Source: Candidatus Cloacimonadales bacterium
GTDB lineage: Bacteria; Cloacimonadota; Cloacimonadia; Cloacimonadales; JAFGVF01
Assembly: GCA_963667035.1 (NCBI GenBank)
Contig: OY762964.1
Coordinates: 1,888,001-1,952,000 of the forward strand
Reading direction: 5' to 3'
DNA length: 64,000 nt
The notes beneath the pieces are model-generated. The model saw only the letters and a list, made by a program, of their open reading frames with translations, was not told where the DNA came from and made no database searches. A program made the translations under genes and the position numbers. Positions within the stretch are counted from its first letter, which is position 1, and each line of letters begins with the position of its first letter. This document shows, piece after piece, positions 19,801-28,940 of the stretch.

Positions 19801-21800
19801 TTACATTCCATCCTACAGAGGTTGGTACATTCAGAAACTATCCTATCCCCGGAACAATGTCACCACAACCTGTGATTGCTCCATTCTGGGATGATATGTT
19901 CTATACAGGAAACCAAGGTGTTTTCCACTACTACGATACTACAAACCACTACTTCATCATTGAATGGTGGGGAACCAACGGTTTCAACCCAAATTATGAT
20001 GAAAGATTCCAAGTAATTCTTTATGACCCTGCGTACTATCCAACATCTACCGGTGATGGTATGGTTAAAATCCAATACCACACACATAACGATGTAGATA
20101 CAGGTGACACTTCAGCATATCCTCCATTGGCAGGACAATACTCAACTGTTGGCTTCTGTAACTATGATGCAACTGACGGTTTACAGTATGTATTTGATCA
20201 GGATTATATTGCTACAGGTCAACCTATTTCTAATGGTACAGCTCTTTTGATTACAGGTGAGCCTTATGTTAACGTAGCTCCAAGTTTAGCTTTAGAAAGC
20301 TTAACTATTGATGAAGCTAACGAAAACGGTTATGTTGAACCTGGAGAATCAATAAATATCTTTGCAAGTATCACAAACTCAGGTATCGAAGAAGCTGAGA
20401 ATGTAGTAGCTGTAATTAGTTCTACAGATGCTAACATAGGCTTTGTAGTAGATACAATAACTTATGAATCAGTACCCGGTAGTGATGGTATTGCTGTAAA
20501 CAGTTCACCTTTCACAGCTATGATTTCTCCTTCAGCAACCGAAGGATATGAAATCCCTGTTACTATTGATCTTGCAACTCAAAACAACTCTTGGCAGGTA
20601 AACGGAGTTATTACCGTTTCATCTCCTCAGATTAGTTTTTCAAGTGCAATGATTTGTGATTATGAAGCCGGTAATAGTAATGGTATTGCTGATCAGAATG
20701 AGAACGTATCGCTTGTACTTAATCTTCATAATCCTAGTCTTGCAGATATCGAAAACGTTCAGGTAAGTGTTACAACAGAAAATCCTAACGTTGCAGTTAA
20801 CGGAGAAACAACTTTAGCTGCCATTCCTGCTGAAGGTAGCATTCAAGCAGTTTGGCAACTCAACATTCTCAGTGCTGTTTCAACCGGAACAATTGTTATT
20901 TTCAATGTTGAAGTTCAATCAAACTCTTCATTGACTACTAACGAAACTGTTCAGCTAACAGTTGGACAAGCTAGTCTTCCTGCTTGTGGTGTAATTACAG
21001 GTACAGTCAGCGTTGATTCAGGTGATGTAGCTCTTGAAGATATCTTTGTATCTGCAGGCGACTATGGTCGCTTTGCTGTTGCAGACGGTGAATTCAGAGT
21101 TTATCCTCCGGTTGGAATGTATGATGTTGTAGCTTCTCTTGAATACTATGCTTCTGACGTTGCAACAGAAATTCCTATTACTAATAGCAATCATGTAGTT
21201 ACCGATATAGAATTAGAGCTTGAATATCTTGCTCCTGCAACAGGTTTAGACGGTTCTTTCAATGAAAGAGAATTTACTCTTACTTGGACTGCTCCTACTA
21301 CTTCACTTGTTATAGACAACTATTCAGTATATCGAAAGATTAATGATGATGATTATGAAATGATCGATACCTCTGAAACTGAAGAATATCTTGATGACAT
21401 CTCTGATAATGATGGATTATATTTCTACTATGTAGTAGTTAATTATACTGATGGAAATAGTGAAAACTCAACCGTGTATTCATTCGATACTTCTACAGGT
21501 GCCGGAGACTTAGTAACTCCAAACGTTACAGCATTGTATGGCAACTATCCAAACCCATTCAATCCTGAAACAAACATTTCATTCTCACTAGCTAAAGACC
21601 AGAATGTTAAGATTTCTATCTACAACATCCGTGGTCAGTTAGTAAGAAACCTTACAAACGAAGTACACAAAGCCGGTAGAAATACTATCGTCTGGGATGG
21701 AACTGATAATTACAACAGAGGTTGTGCATCAGGTCTTTACATGTATCGCTTCGAGACTAAGGGTATTAGCACAGTTAAGAAAGCAATGCTTCTTAAATAA
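16854..21800 (+). CDS. Secreted C25 (gingipain-like) peptidase-family protein with propeptide, Ig-like domains and FlgD-Ig/sorting C-terminal domain
   Basis: Signal peptide from ATG 16854 behind GAGG; propeptide GKPELP; C25 motifs YITLVGD, SDYPY, DVFIGRMP, NTCGTGNF, NLMGDP; tail GNYPNPFNPET...KKAMLLK. Confidence 0.85.
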   Translation: MKKDPLLLLLAVLLFVTLPLMASNDIEASTVKNFEVLESTGNSTIIQFNLPKFQVETQKLNGMTFNKIETECDGYVPELGKPELPLYSTMVAIPYSGSVSLEVVNKSSYQIDNFTAVPAQDYTVENEMERSFAINEEFYNSDVQYPEVAESISDPMIVRDFRVVALTFSPFTYNPATRSLTVNENITYKLSYDSAPSVNEMEAPIMYSPSFKPLYRSMIVNYDLVVDRSIPTDNMRLLIIYGAGGDATFNAKLDEFVKWKKQKGYKVTTQSTSVIGTTTDDIHAYIQSKYNNIYTRPEYITLVGDVNGAFNISCYTVHGGSSDYPYTYLAGEDIMGDVFIGRMPIENVDDFLTMANKVFYFERDTVPVPPTWYNHMLLVGYTNSAGQSSMYVNKFMKDSGLRVNPDYTFTEIYGTPTATAMQQTLNQGAAFFMYRGWVGMNGWDYPSENEFTNGNRMTHCIINTCGTGNFNGTDATDSIVRYGSPAAPKGAITAIGMATSSTHTLMNNVLSSQTVNGIFSLGYRNMSAPLLSSKILLYMVYHDFMIDYAEKFPGWCNLMGDPTVEVFISPPDHIDADYPMEVFPGQTCYPVTVKDDNGDPIVGAIVTIVNDDMHLILETDVNGNAVFELPDDLTENTTFTVTVSQHDYVPEFDNITVHADDGIHIASYEILDADNGNNDGTPDASETFFVNITLTNPGATAINAANVEISSEDPYINILQNTSAFGTIASGASVSNATPYEMHVYGSCPEQYMASIKLQVVGEPYETYLGLDIRNGNIDVDSYTIYDNNGILEPGETAWMSLSLINNGEHTIAGLHAELSSTSNLVYFDDNQAYYGYAIPGTVITNITDGLYVTARNQLLTGTDIVIDLHLYNDDGYDEWDKLYISTGSQNIGHPSGPDAFGHYIYHMDDTDWADAPTYNWIEIIPSQGGNGTEFTGHSDTGTDDGDGDITMSDTIDNTDLPFTFTWYGVDYDEVYICTNGFFTFHPTEVGTFRNYPIPGTMSPQPVIAPFWDDMFYTGNQGVFHYYDTTNHYFIIEWWGTNGFNPNYDERFQVILYDPAYYPTSTGDGMVKIQYHTHNDVDTGDTSAYPPLAGQYSTVGFCNYDATDGLQYVFDQDYIATGQPISNGTALLITGEPYVNVAPSLALESLTIDEANENGYVEPGESINIFASITNSGIEEAENVVAVISSTDANIGFVVDTITYESVPGSDGIAVNSSPFTAMISPSATEGYEIPVTIDLATQNNSWQVNGVITVSSPQISFSSAMICDYEAGNSNGIADQNENVSLVLNLHNPSLADIENVQVSVTTENPNVAVNGETTLAAIPAEGSIQAVWQLNILSAVSTGTIVIFNVEVQSNSSLTTNETVQLTVGQASLPACGVITGTVSVDSGDVALEDIFVSAGDYGRFAVADGEFRVYPPVGMYDVVASLEYYASDVATEIPITNSNHVVTDIELELEYLAPATGLDGSFNEREFTLTWTAPTTSLVIDNYSVYRKINDDDYEMIDTSETEEYLDDISDNDGLYFYYVVVNYTDGNSENSTVYSFDTSTGAGDLVTPNVTALYGNYPNPFNPETNISFSLAKDQNVKISIYNIRGQLVRNLTNEVHKAGRNTIVWDGTDNYNRGCASGLYMYRFETKGISTVKKAMLLK

Positions 21801-21817
21801 ATAAGTCAATCTATAAT

Positions 21818-21850
21818 AAAAGAGGTTATCGTTTATTGATAACCTCTTTT
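21818..21850. terminator. Bidirectional intrinsic terminator between convergent C25 and mscS genes
   Basis: aaaagaggttatc-gtttatt-gataacctctttt. Confidence 0.8.
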
Positions 21851-21866
21851 CTATTAATCTAAAAAA

Positions 21867-22871
21867 CTATACTTCCGTAACTATTCCCCGCTTCCGTAAC
21901 TCTCTGATTGTTGTCTTTGTTATATCGCTCTTTAGTTTATACTCTGCTCTAATATCATAGACATAAGCTTTAACCTTCATGTGAATCATTGACTTGTCTT
22001 CAAACATCTTATTAGAGAATACAACCCCGATAGGTTTCTTCAAGTAAACATATCTAGATACGGCAGCAGCTTTGTAACCTATCTCATAAGCTTGCTCCAA
22101 ATCGGTATCAACTGGTAAGTATATATCTGACACAACCTGACAGTTGTTTTCACCAAAGTTAGCATTAGAAACCATTTTATTTGTTACTTCACTATTGGGA
22201 ACAGAGACAACACTATCATCGGGAGTTACAATTCTTATACTTCTCAATCCGATACTGATTACTTCCCCGTAATAACCGCCAACTTCTATTTTGTCTCCAA
22301 CTTGGAAAGGTCTGTCGAACAAAATCATTATCCCACTAAAGATATTTTTAAGTATATCTTGAGAAGCAAATCCGACAGCTACTCCGGCAGAAGTAACAAC
22401 AGCAAAAAGCGTTTCAACAGGAGGGGCAATTACAATCTGTACTACAAAGTAAATAGCAAAAGTCCAGCTTCCAATCCTAAATATTGGAATAATCCTTTTT
22501 ATGATTAAGCGCCAGTTATCCTTTTTTTCAGATACTGTATTCAAAATATTACTAATAAACTTAATAACAACTCCTACGATTAGGAGTAATATTATTGAAG
22601 TGAGAATTTTTCCGAATGACAATCTGAATGCATCTTTGGCTTTGGGAGTGGAGTTTGACTTAATCTTCTTAATACCCAAATTGTCCATTGTCCTATCAAA
22701 CATACTCACTTTCACCTGATTATTTACCGAATCTGCTTCAGTTACAAAAATAGAAGTAGTGTCAATAGTAGCTTTAGGCAACACGGGTGCAATATGCAAA
22801 GAATCTTCAAAAGCAAAAACCAATGTGGAAACCAATAGGATTAATAATAGTGATAAACGTTTCATATTCAC
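21867..22871 (-). CDS. MscS-family mechanosensitive channel with N-terminal signal/periplasmic extension
   Basis: AVGFASQDILKNIFSGIMILFDRPFQVGDKI...IGLRSIRI...VPNS signature. Confidence 0.9.
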   Translation of the reverse strand: MNMKRLSLLLILLVSTLVFAFEDSLHIAPVLPKATIDTTSIFVTEADSVNNQVKVSMFDRTMDNLGIKKIKSNSTPKAKDAFRLSFGKILTSIILLLIVGVVIKFISNILNTVSEKKDNWRLIIKRIIPIFRIGSWTFAIYFVVQIVIAPPVETLFAVVTSAGVAVGFASQDILKNIFSGIMILFDRPFQVGDKIEVGGYYGEVISIGLRSIRIVTPDDSVVSVPNSEVTNKMVSNANFGENNCQVVSDIYLPVDTDLEQAYEIGYKAAAVSRYVYLKKPIGVVFSNKMFEDKSMIHMKVKAYVYDIRAEYKLKSDITKTTIRELRKRGIVTEV

Positions 22872-22872
22872 C

Positions 22873-25800
22873 TCACATCAACAGATTCTTTGTCGTTAAT
22901 ATCTGCACAACAGGTCGAAACAGATAAGGATGTATTTTAAAATGTCCGTCTTCATCGACAATTATACTCTTATCACAAAGACTATTGATAATCAAAGTAG
23001 CAGTCTCTATCTTCATATTGAATATTGTAGCCGTCTGTTTTATAGTTAGCACTCCGTGTTGAAGTAAAGCGGTAAGTACAAACAGACTTTCTTCGGAAAG
23101 AGCATTAAGAAAAGCAGAATCAACTTTCACTCCTGAACTGACAATGAGATAGTCTTTTTCTACCTTTTGGATTGCCTGTAAAGACAGTTGCATAGCAACC
23201 ATAAGATTACCTCCGGACGCAGCGGCTAGACGAGTAAAGAATTTCTGTTCCAGATAGTTTTGTTTCTCTTTAGAGCTCTTACATTTCTTATATGCCTTAG
23301 AGTTGACATCGTCTTCCGAAGGAGTATAGATTACCTGATATCCACTAATCCTCTGCCTTTTTGTTATCACATTCTTAATCTCTTCAACATTCAAATTACC
23401 TAAATCAATTACTTTAGTAAAATGAGGTTTCACATTTGATACTACTTGAAGATAATCCCAGCTATATTTGTTTCCGGTAACAATCCAGAAAACATTCTTT
23501 TGCGTTCTATTCATTAGTAAGATAAAGTCATTTAGCAGTTTAAAACCATCGACTGTACGAAGGTAAAGATTATTAAAATTCTCACAGATTAGTACTATTT
23601 TCTGTTCAAGTTTCAGCAATTGGTTAGCAAGTTCACTCAAATTGCTTATGTTCTCCAATTCAAATGCTTTTGTCAGTACCTCTGTTAATTCTACTTCGCT
23701 TAGAATAGTTCTATCTATAGTAACACTAACAACCTTTTCTTTCTTGAAGACCATATTCCTCATGAAGTTCAGGAGACTTGTCTTCCCGCTACCTGTCTCT
23801 CCGTAAACCATAACTTTAGCAGGATGAGAGTTCTTGAAGTTATTGTACTGATTATTGATTGCTTCAATTTCTTTCTTTCTCATCACAAACAATCTGTTAT
23901 CAGTAACAGGATTATTTTCATACAGCTTTTGGAATATGTAAGGTAATTTCTCAAATAGTAGTTCACTTTCTCTCAGAAGATGTGCTATATGTTCATGCAC
24001 ATCTTCCGAAGCCGTTTCTATTCCCGCCATTTCTTTAATCTTATGATAGCGTCCCATTAGCAGAGAAAGTATATTAAATATGAAATCCCACACTATCTTA
24101 ATATATTTTTTCACAAAACTTAATCCTGAGAACAACACTTTACGGTACTGTTCTCTAGCCATAGCCTTTGTAATTCTGCTTCTGATACTACTAACTGTTG
24201 CAGGATCCAAGAATGATGTAAGACTTGTTCCACTCACCAGTGCTAGTTTCTTAATATTCTCGGTCACTTCCTCAACCAACTGCCTATCGTTCTTTTCCGA
24301 TTCGTTGAGTAAGGCAATAACACGATTTATTGCTTCTACAATCATATTAATGGCTTTCTGATGTTCTTCATGATTCTCATGCTTTTGAAGATGTTCAATA
24401 GCAAGTTCAGAGTTAAATACCAGTATGTTATCGAATTCTGAGATATTCCTTATTGTCTTATTCTGTTTACTGCTGATTCTGGTTTTAATACTTTCTACAT
24501 CCTTGGACAAATCCTGTAGTATCTCTTCTTTGATTATCTTTTTCAAGGCAAAGCTGGCAGTAACCGAATTAGGAATTTCCTGAGTTAAATCCAATTGCAA
24601 AAGAATCGAGTAATCTTCAGGAAGTGCTTCAATGCTTTTATTTAAATCTTCCCAAAAGCTTTGGACTGTCACCAATAAATCATTGTGTATTAACTGTTGA
24701 AGAGCTTCCGTAATCAATTCTTCTCTGAATCTTTTTCTAAACAACTCGGTCTTACGTGTAAGCTCCTTATCTGTTATTGATAAATCCTTGAACTGGTCAA
24801 CTTCATAAGAAAACCTTTCAATAGCTTCACGCAATGCTGAATACTTCTTTAGTGCATTGTTCTCAAATCGATTGTTTATATTATCAAGAATTCGATTCTT
24901 ACTCTTTCTTAAAACAGCTACAGTTTGACTCATATCCAAGTCTTTAAGCCACTCTCCCCTCTCTCCCGTAAAAATCTGTTCCCATTTCAGGAGGGTATTA
25001 CTGATAATCCGTTCTTGATTCTTTATCCTCAGATGCTTAATCCTGCCGATGTATAGTTTCGTTGGCAAAAGGAAAGTCCCTGCATTCATAAAAGCAATCT
25101 CGAGTATTTCATTGATTCCCGGTGACACTTGCTCAACAGTATCTCTAACTCTTTGCTCAGTAGTTTTGAATAATTCCAGCTTTTCAAGGAATTCCTTTTT
25201 CTTCTCTGCTAATACATCATTTAGAGCTATTAGCTTATCTGCATTCTCTTCATCATCTTTAAGTCTGAAACATCTTACTGTCAGATTCATAATCTCATGG
25301 TTCAGATGAATTAGATATGCATAATTACGAAATATTTCGGGGATTGTTTCAATAAGCATGTTTTTAACGGGAAGGTATAGATAAAAATGTAACAGGTCAT
25401 GTTGGTCAAAAGAACGAACTTTGTTAACTTTAGCCATTATCTGCTCTTCCGACCAACTTCTGTTACGAAGTTTACATACACCCTTCCTAATCTTCCAAAG
25501 CATTCTCTGATTGGATTTCCAGATTATTATTTTGTATCTGTCCGATTCGCTTCTTTTGTAAAAATCATAAGGTAACGAGTACTCGGCAAACTGTGGAATC
25601 TTTGCTAACATTTCTTCATAGTAAGTCTGCCACACTCCGAGAATCTTATCTTCTCTAATTGACTCGGAAAACCTGAAACTATTCTTGATTAATCTACTGT
25701 TCAACCCTAGTAATCTTTCCAGATCTTCCAGTCCTATCTTCGCACTATCGGAAGGATATGTCCTAAAGAGTCTTTCTAATTCCGTTACATCCCTTTGAAA

Positions 25801-25881
25801 AAACTCCAGCCATACTCCAACCTGATTAATAATACCCCTTTCACTTTTTGAAAGCAGTTCTTTAATTTGATTAGGATTCAT
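22873..25881 (-). CDS. Large helical protein with C-terminal P-loop (AAA/STAND-like) ATPase and probable winged helix
   Basis: Walker A GETGSGKTS; degenerate Walker B IVLICEN; ASGGNL; hydrophobic segment near aa 585-610; stop 1 bp before mscS start. Confidence 0.7.
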   Translation of the reverse strand: MNPNQIKELLSKSERGIINQVGVWLEFFQRDVTELERLFRTYPSDSAKIGLEDLERLLGLNSRLIKNSFRFSESIREDKILGVWQTYYEEMLAKIPQFAEYSLPYDFYKRSESDRYKIIIWKSNQRMLWKIRKGVCKLRNRSWSEEQIMAKVNKVRSFDQHDLLHFYLYLPVKNMLIETIPEIFRNYAYLIHLNHEIMNLTVRCFRLKDDEENADKLIALNDVLAEKKKEFLEKLELFKTTEQRVRDTVEQVSPGINEILEIAFMNAGTFLLPTKLYIGRIKHLRIKNQERIISNTLLKWEQIFTGERGEWLKDLDMSQTVAVLRKSKNRILDNINNRFENNALKKYSALREAIERFSYEVDQFKDLSITDKELTRKTELFRKRFREELITEALQQLIHNDLLVTVQSFWEDLNKSIEALPEDYSILLQLDLTQEIPNSVTASFALKKIIKEEILQDLSKDVESIKTRISSKQNKTIRNISEFDNILVFNSELAIEHLQKHENHEEHQKAINMIVEAINRVIALLNESEKNDRQLVEEVTENIKKLALVSGTSLTSFLDPATVSSIRSRITKAMAREQYRKVLFSGLSFVKKYIKIVWDFIFNILSLLMGRYHKIKEMAGIETASEDVHEHIAHLLRESELLFEKLPYIFQKLYENNPVTDNRLFVMRKKEIEAINNQYNNFKNSHPAKVMVYGETGSGKTSLLNFMRNMVFKKEKVVSVTIDRTILSEVELTEVLTKAFELENISNLSELANQLLKLEQKIVLICENFNNLYLRTVDGFKLLNDFILLMNRTQKNVFWIVTGNKYSWDYLQVVSNVKPHFTKVIDLGNLNVEEIKNVITKRQRISGYQVIYTPSEDDVNSKAYKKCKSSKEKQNYLEQKFFTRLAAASGGNLMVAMQLSLQAIQKVEKDYLIVSSGVKVDSAFLNALSEESLFVLTALLQHGVLTIKQTATIFNMKIETATLIINSLCDKSIIVDEDGHFKIHPYLFRPVVQILTTKNLLM

Positions 25882-26045
25882 AATCAGCCATCTCTTTGTT
25901 AAACTTTCAGATAATATACATTAGTTGGTGTAAAATGTCACGTAAAATATTGAATCAATCTAATATTCTTCTGATTCACGGATTTTTCTCAACTTGAAAT
26001 TCTGTGATTGTTTACACTAATCCCTTTACCAAAGCCTTAATTTCC

Positions 26046-26135
26046 CACTGTGTCTCCACTGTGCACGCACTGTGAACCCAGTGAAACAATGCGTTGGCAG
26101 TGCCTTCATAGTGGGTGCACAGTGCAAACACAGTG
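26046..26135. repeat. 11-bp-period inverted heptamer array
   Basis: CACTGTG at 26046, 26057, 26068; CACAGTG-like at 26085, 26096, 26107, 26118, 26129. Confidence 0.8.
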
Positions 26136-26213
26136 CGTTGCTTAAACTTGACATCAAAGAGCCTGAAAGGGACATTAAATATGCGTAACTTACTGCAAAT
26201 TGCACTGTAAAGC

Positions 26214-28400
26214 TTATTTAAGTAGCATCATCTTCTTGGTTATCGTATTCCTTTCTGTCTTCAAACTATAGAAATACACTCCGGAAGATAAAGCGCTATT
26301 ATTATCATCTTTTCCATCCCATACCACCGAGTGTGCTCCCGCTCCCAATCTATCCTGCACTAAATTAACGACTTTCTGACCTCTTATATTGTATATATCA
26401 ATACTCACATTCGTTTCTTTATCAATACTAAAATTGATCTGCGTAGTAGGATTAAAGGGGTTGGGATAGTTACCCTGTAGCTCTGTAACATGACTATTTA
26501 CTACAATATCCTCATCGATTGAAGCAGGTTCGTCTGAAACACCATTCAATGGTACGGGGAGCACTCTATCATCATTATAAGTTACTATGATGTTCGCATT
26601 ATGATTTTCTACCGATGACGGAGTAAACTGAGCCTTGATTTCAATATTCTGATAAGTCTCTAACTCTACAGGTAGTACAGTATCGTTAAGTAATGAGAAA
26701 TTCAAGTTATCGGAAAGTGCAATTGATTGGATCAAAACACCGTTAACCCCTCTATTTTCTAAAAGAAAACTGACTGTATCTGAAACGGTATGAGCATGAA
26801 TCTCATCAAAATAGTATAATCCTGGAATAGACACTAAACTTGTACTATCAGCAAAATCAGAATAGTAGAATCTGGTATTGGGAATAAGATAGAGTCTCTC
26901 TCTAGCTTCCGGTAAGGCATTAGTGTCAATCTGGTTTGTATAGTTATATGTCACTAAGCTTCTTTTACTACTTACAGCTGAACTATAAAAACTTGTATTT
27001 ATTTTATCGTTGTTATACTGATTCTCATTTACTGCTATTACCAAGTTGTCGATACCATTCTGAATGAAAGGTGTATCCAGGTCAAAAATGTACCACCCGT
27101 CCTTATTGATTTCAGGTAAAGGACCTGAATATACTTCTGTAAGTTGAGAGTTGGGAACCCAGTCATTAAGATTTGAGAAAGAGCTGTTTGCTGTATGCCC
27201 CATATATATAGTCCAATCGTTGCTGTTTACTAAATCAAATTCCTCCGTGTAACAGTAGCCAAGCTTTGATATTTCATTTCCGTAACCAAATTCATCCTGT
27301 AAATAAATTGATTGAGAGTAAGAGTATCCTGCATAAGGATATATGGGAAGCATCTCTGTTTCTCTTCCTTCTCCAACGCTAACTGTATTCATCCCTATCC
27401 TGGTATGAAAACAGAATGTATCTTCGGATGTCATTGTAGAGTTTCGTGAAACAACTTTCCAGAAATATAATGTATCGTAATCAAGTTCGGATGGTATATA
27501 TGTCCCTATTTCTAGAGCTGTTGCATTATTAACAACTCTGTTAAGAGGTGGATTGGTAGTATCAAAGTAAAGATCATAATACTCAGTGTTAGCATCGAAC
27601 TCCCAAGTGAGTACAGGTTGAATAGAGATGTTTTCCGAGCCGATTGATGGTGCCGTATTACTAATATGGAGATTAGATCCGTAATCTGTTGTAAACTCTA
27701 TAACCGAGGACTGGGTAAGACCGACACCATTTTGGATAAGACATCTATATGTTGTAGAAGGGATTAACTCGTAAGGAGGAGTGAACATACCATAGGTTCC
27801 CGCAGGCTCATTGATAACATATTCTACCATGTCGTTCAGGTTTGTACCAAAACTAACACTATAAGTATCAACTTTGCTTCCAAAATCCCATGTTATTGTT
27901 GGTGCCAAGGAAATAGAGGTGCTATTATCAAGTGGAATGCTCGTACTTATACGTTGAGGAATGTACGGATAATATGAGCCATTCATTCCATCAAAATAGG
28001 CTACACGATATTCACCGGTTATATTCCCGGCACTCTCAATGCAGATATAATATGTTGAATATGGTGAGAGATTCACATCATCTATAGTCACCACAGTGCT
28101 TGTTCCACTACCACTATCAGAGTACAAAACAGATAATGATTCATCTAGTATATATGCAAATGGATTAAAGCTTATTCCATACACCATAACAGAATGATTT
28201 GAAGCATAATCAGATGTTGTAAAACGATAGAACACATCATTTGAAGAGTTTCCGAATGTATCTGTCATGATTGATGTATCCCCTGCATCTATCATAGGAT
28301 AGCTTGTAAATTCAACTGCTGTTTCAAAGGTGTCTCCCCCAATGCAATAAATAAAAGAAATAGAGAGTAATAAAATAATCGATAAACAAACCTTTAACAT
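26214..28400 (-). CDS. Secreted multi-domain protein (Ig/Fn3-like repeats) with FlgD-Ig/sorting C-terminal domain
   Basis: Signal peptide; two P.LTW...Y.LYF/YSV.FGT repeats; YSYSQSIY domain; tail LQGNYPNPFNPTT...KKMMLLK. Confidence 0.8.
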   Translation of the reverse strand: MLKVCLSIILLLSISFIYCIGGDTFETAVEFTSYPMIDAGDTSIMTDTFGNSSNDVFYRFTTSDYASNHSVMVYGISFNPFAYILDESLSVLYSDSGSGTSTVVTIDDVNLSPYSTYYICIESAGNITGEYRVAYFDGMNGSYYPYIPQRISTSIPLDNSTSISLAPTITWDFGSKVDTYSVSFGTNLNDMVEYVINEPAGTYGMFTPPYELIPSTTYRCLIQNGVGLTQSSVIEFTTDYGSNLHISNTAPSIGSENISIQPVLTWEFDANTEYYDLYFDTTNPPLNRVVNNATALEIGTYIPSELDYDTLYFWKVVSRNSTMTSEDTFCFHTRIGMNTVSVGEGRETEMLPIYPYAGYSYSQSIYLQDEFGYGNEISKLGYCYTEEFDLVNSNDWTIYMGHTANSSFSNLNDWVPNSQLTEVYSGPLPEINKDGWYIFDLDTPFIQNGIDNLVIAVNENQYNNDKINTSFYSSAVSSKRSLVTYNYTNQIDTNALPEARERLYLIPNTRFYYSDFADSTSLVSIPGLYYFDEIHAHTVSDTVSFLLENRGVNGVLIQSIALSDNLNFSLLNDTVLPVELETYQNIEIKAQFTPSSVENHNANIIVTYNDDRVLPVPLNGVSDEPASIDEDIVVNSHVTELQGNYPNPFNPTTQINFSIDKETNVSIDIYNIRGQKVVNLVQDRLGAGAHSVVWDGKDDNNSALSSGVYFYSLKTERNTITKKMMLLK

Positions 28401-28612
28401 GTATCCTCCTTATTTTACACATATCAAAGTCTCGTGCCCTAATGTTATTTAACTCATTGCAATTATAATTGTCAAACAATTTACTGTATAAACTCTTCGT
28501 ATATATATTGTATGATTCCACATATTAAAGCATCGGATATCAGTGTTTTAAAACCCGTGATATGAATAGCTAAAACATTGCATAATGATACATTGATGCC
28601 ATCATTTAACGT

Positions 28613-28828
28613 ATTGAACCCCGTTGGGGTTCTTGTCATTTGCGTGTAATCTAACCCCGAATTGCATTCGGGGCTAGTCACATTTAATCCTTTCAGGATT
28701 AGCTTTGGTAGAGATAATCCTGAAAGGATTAAATGTGAGTAGCCATGTATGAAATGCATGGTATAAATCAAAGGATGAATCTATTCAACCCCAACGGGGT
28801 TTAATCCATTTAATTGTTGAGAAACAAT
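28613..28828. repeat. REP/REPIN-like element: two inverted ~90-bp arms, each with three small hairpins
   Basis: Left arm aaccccgttggggtt / ccccgaattgcattcgggg / aatcctttcaggatt; right arm aatcctgaaaggatt / ccatgtatgaaatgcatgg / aaccccaacggggtt. Confidence 0.8.
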
Positions 28829-28940
28829 ATTACATACTCTCTAAATGATAATGAATAATGAAATGACTCCTCATATGTAAAAATTCATATTGACATCCTA
28901 ATCATGAGATTAAATAAATTAAATCACATGGAGGTGCATT

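Noticed and set aside
26046..26135. CRISPR array or RAG/Transib RSS heptamers (CACAGTG)
   Set aside because: Linkers are only 4 nt; no nonamer and no associated recombinase. Kept only as an unexplained periodic array.
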